DNA of 54,763 bases, filler included, from Sphacelaria rigidula (lineage: Eukaryota), in NCBI GenBank assembly GCA_964200075.2. It is 5 parts of 5 records of this genome, joined end to end, with 100 filler letters (N's around TTAATTAATTAA, not from the genome) between each part and the next. Parts side by side here need not be neighbours in the genome. Positions count along the whole stretch, not along the records: positions 43,893 to 54,763 come from CAXNAA020005759.1; 4 more parts are not named here. One strand, 5' to 3'. Positions 52,034 to 54,763 of this stretch are shown in pieces. The notes beneath the pieces were generated by a model that worked only from the letters and a program-made list of their open reading frames with translations, searched no databases and was not told the origin of the DNA. Position 1 is the stretch's first letter; each line of letters opens with the position of its first letter. The position numbers and the translations under genes were made by a program.

Positions 52034-52200
52034 TTTTGTTGGGGAGTGAAGGCTGAAATGTAAACTAAGGTGGATGAATACGTTTGATACATAAAAAGTA
52101 GCGAGGAAGCGATCATCATACTCAAATAGGAGATAGATGGTGGCCCCAGACGGCTAAACAAGAAGGAGATAAAATATGTAAAAGGTTTTTGTGTAATATT

Positions 52201-52497
52201 GCCGCCGCGCCCCGGTGGTATAATGATCCGACTGTCGCCATCAGCGTGGAGAGAACGGGGGTTCGATTCCTGACGCGTTGGAGTTTTCTTTGTGTAATGT
52301 CTGATTTCCACGGTGGAAAGCGTGAGAACGCCAGTAAACAAAGTAGTCAACTGAGTTTGTTTAACGTGAATTGACGCGGTGCGGGAGTGCTGAACCAATC
52401 CGCGAGACCAAAATGAAAGGCGTGTATTGTGAGGGAAATGGGTTCCATCCCTTGAGACCACGAGCTCATCCCGAGGAAGGAGAGGGGTTGAAAGTGC
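52201..52497 (+). mobile_element. tRNA-derived SINE family S1
   Basis: GCCGCCGCGCCCCGGTGGTATAATG ... GGTTCGATTCCTG, then the body GCGGGAGTGCTGA.CCAATCCGCGAGACCAAAAT shared with 39064-39355. Confidence 0.8.
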
Positions 52498-54266
52498 GAC
52501 ATTTGTAATGCACATGTATCATTTGATATGTTTCGCCACTTTTGTCGAGTTTGCCCTAGCGGCAAGTCATTGTTTCCCGCGCTTTCTTTTGCAGCGCACT
52601 AGGAAGGCTCAGCGGTACATTGCCGTTCAGGTTTGGGTGTCATCTGATACGTGTGGCGCGTGATCTCGCCACCGGAAGTCGCTCAAACTGGCCCTTTTTC
52701 GCGGGATCTCGATCCCGAACCACAAAGGCCTGTAGAAAAACATGGAAAACTTGAACCATCATTACTTTTGGCGGGATAGGTTTTCCCCGTGTTTCTCTTT
52801 GTCGCGTCCTGGTTTATTTGGAAGCACGAACACACCGGTTACGCTGCCAATGTCACGAGAACATGAGAGCAAACCAGTTGAAAACAATAAAACATTGCCT
52901 TGGCCTTTGTCAGCTTCAAACACAAGACCGTGCAATGAGCCGTTAACGAGTTGAACAAGGCACAGCAGCACGACAGCACAGGAATGGTTTGCCGCAAAAA
53001 ACAATTACCCTGTTTCAAACAAAGGCCCAGTGACGTGGAAGCCACAGCGATGTGAAATCGTGTCAGACAAGAACCATCTCTCTGCGGAATGTATGGCTAG
53101 GTGGGTAGCTAGCCAGGCGACATTATCTGGCAACACCACAAACTTCCCCTTCGGTCGTACTATATCAGTGTCTTCTCTCCCGGGCGGGGCTGGAAAAATG
53201 CAATACCCTACAAGCTTGGATAGTAACACCCACAGCACGTAGTACGTAGAGTTGTAACAAGAAAGGCCCGGTGAAACGTTCGGCCGGTTTGAACAAAAAA
53301 CCCAACTCTCATGTGCAGAGAAAAAGCGAAGCACTGAAAGAATATATCCGCGAGCTTCCCCAATGAAGAAGAACATGCCAGGAATGTTCCACGCATTCCA
53401 ACAGCCAGCCAAAGTTACTCTTTCGTCCAGAGAAATGCAAAGCCTCAGGGCCCTTATAGTCATCGAAGGGGATTATCCTGTCTTTCACAATCCCCTGTTG
53501 ACAGGGGATTGACCCCATAACGACCAGTCCTGAGTCCTGTCGTGAAGCAGTTTTGTACAGATTGGACCCCAGATCTGCACGCAGGTTCAGAAATGCGGCG
53601 GATCTAGAGGTGGTCGTTAGTCCAAGGCCTGCGTAGTGCTGCAGACAAGACGCAACAAGGCGACACAACACCTAGACATCCAGCCCCGAGAAAAGACGCA
53701 CAGACGCCCACCACTTGCGCATTAGATTCACTGCTAGCCCTTGCTAATCTACACACGGCATTCTTTGTTTGACGGAAATCCGTTCTGTATTGGATGAATG
53801 GCGGCCGCGTGCGTGTGAAAAAAAAAGTGGAAAACGTGTCGTTGCTAATCGTTTTGTAAGCGTGTGCTGTGCCCGCGTCTCACACAAATCATCATTTCTC
53901 ACTGAACTCTGAACAGTTTTAAGCACGGTCAAGGACAACGTGCACAGCTGATGAGCAGCTACGCTTATGCCACACATGTCGGAATTATTGCCGCCAACAA
54001 TTGTACAACTTTCACATCCGTGTTACTCAAGTTAGTCAACCTTTCCGGAGCCACCATCCGAGGACACATGCGATGTTTTGTACAGCCATGATCACTACCG
54101 TACATTGAGATACAACAGCCTCTTTTAACCAAATCTTTTCGACTCGCGCCACCCCCGGGAGGCCTGTACCAACCTCCCCAAGGGGAACCTCGTATATACA
54201 TTTATTTATGGAAGAAACGTGATATGCAGCCTATTGTTGAAGGTGTCGCTATTAGGAGTAGGAACG

Positions 54267-54763
54267 GTGCTCCGTCTCGGAAGAGATGCGTGGTCAATAG
54301 CCAAACGACCAAAGCAAGCAACAAATGAGTGCACGCCCTCTTCCCCTCCCCTCCCCTCTGGTCCGGCGAGAACCCGGCATGCTCCGTCCCGGCTCGTAGG
54401 GGCGGACCCCCGATGGGGCTGGCGTCGGTTGGTGACGACGCTGTGAAACACAACACGCATTGCGTAAGCGAGGCGATCAGGTCACCGTTTTATTTCGCGC
54501 GCTTGCGTTTTTTCTGCGGTGACCATGATGGTAGTCGAGCTAGATCATGTCGTGCGGTGTGGGAGAACCTCAACTCCGCACAATGGGTATGATCGCACCA
54601 CGTAGTGTGTAAATGGTGAGACACCGATGAGGCAATGTGTAAGCCGTGACTGTCTCAGGAAGTGGCGATACCAGACAATAAAGCAACTCATTGTAGGCTG
54701 TCATCCAAATGCAAGATAATCAGTAGGCTTCGAGCCGAACAAGCTTAGCCGGATGCAGCTCAG
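54267..54763 (+). repeat. Repeat family R1: short module, C-tract, then long module (truncated at window end)
   Basis: Short module TGCTCCGTCTCG...CAAATGAGT(A/G)CAC also at ~22805-22880 (+) and ~32746-32820 (-); the long module starts ~54358. Confidence 0.85.

Noticed and set aside
53005..53671. Second LRR exon or retroelement ORF on the minus strand
   Set aside because: GSIP and GLGLT words occur, but without LRR periodicity, a 72-nt exon or collinear RT motifs.

Overview
Eukaryotic, intron-rich, transposon-dense DNA. It is most consistent with a brown alga (Ectocarpus-like exon/intron style and a 72-nt single-LRR exon); this taxonomy is inference. The window is not one locus. It is five contigs of 10874, 10873, 10873, 10872 and 10871 bp joined by identical 100-bp N44-TTAATTAATTAA-N44 linkers, i.e. 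a size-sorted concatenation, so nothing can be inferred across the gaps. Recognisable genes: the last four exons of a PHYHD1-type Fe(II)/2-oxoglutarate dioxygenase, a PH-domain exon, a SET-domain fragment, a single 72-nt LRR exon, and several exons of unidentified proteins. Mobile DNA dominates: piggyBac-like elements (TTAA/CCCTT ends), hAT-like elements, MITEs and foldbacks, tRNA-derived SINEs, and decayed CRE-like and RTE/other LINEs. Best leads: a piggyBac-like interval enclosing a PH-domain exon (possible gene capture), a ~426-bp hairpin made from a LINE 3' fragment, a modular C-tract-flanked repeat family with internal direct repeats, and a MITE with a 4-bp CATG TSD supported by empty-site copies inside the window. 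I found no convincing new multi-gene system.
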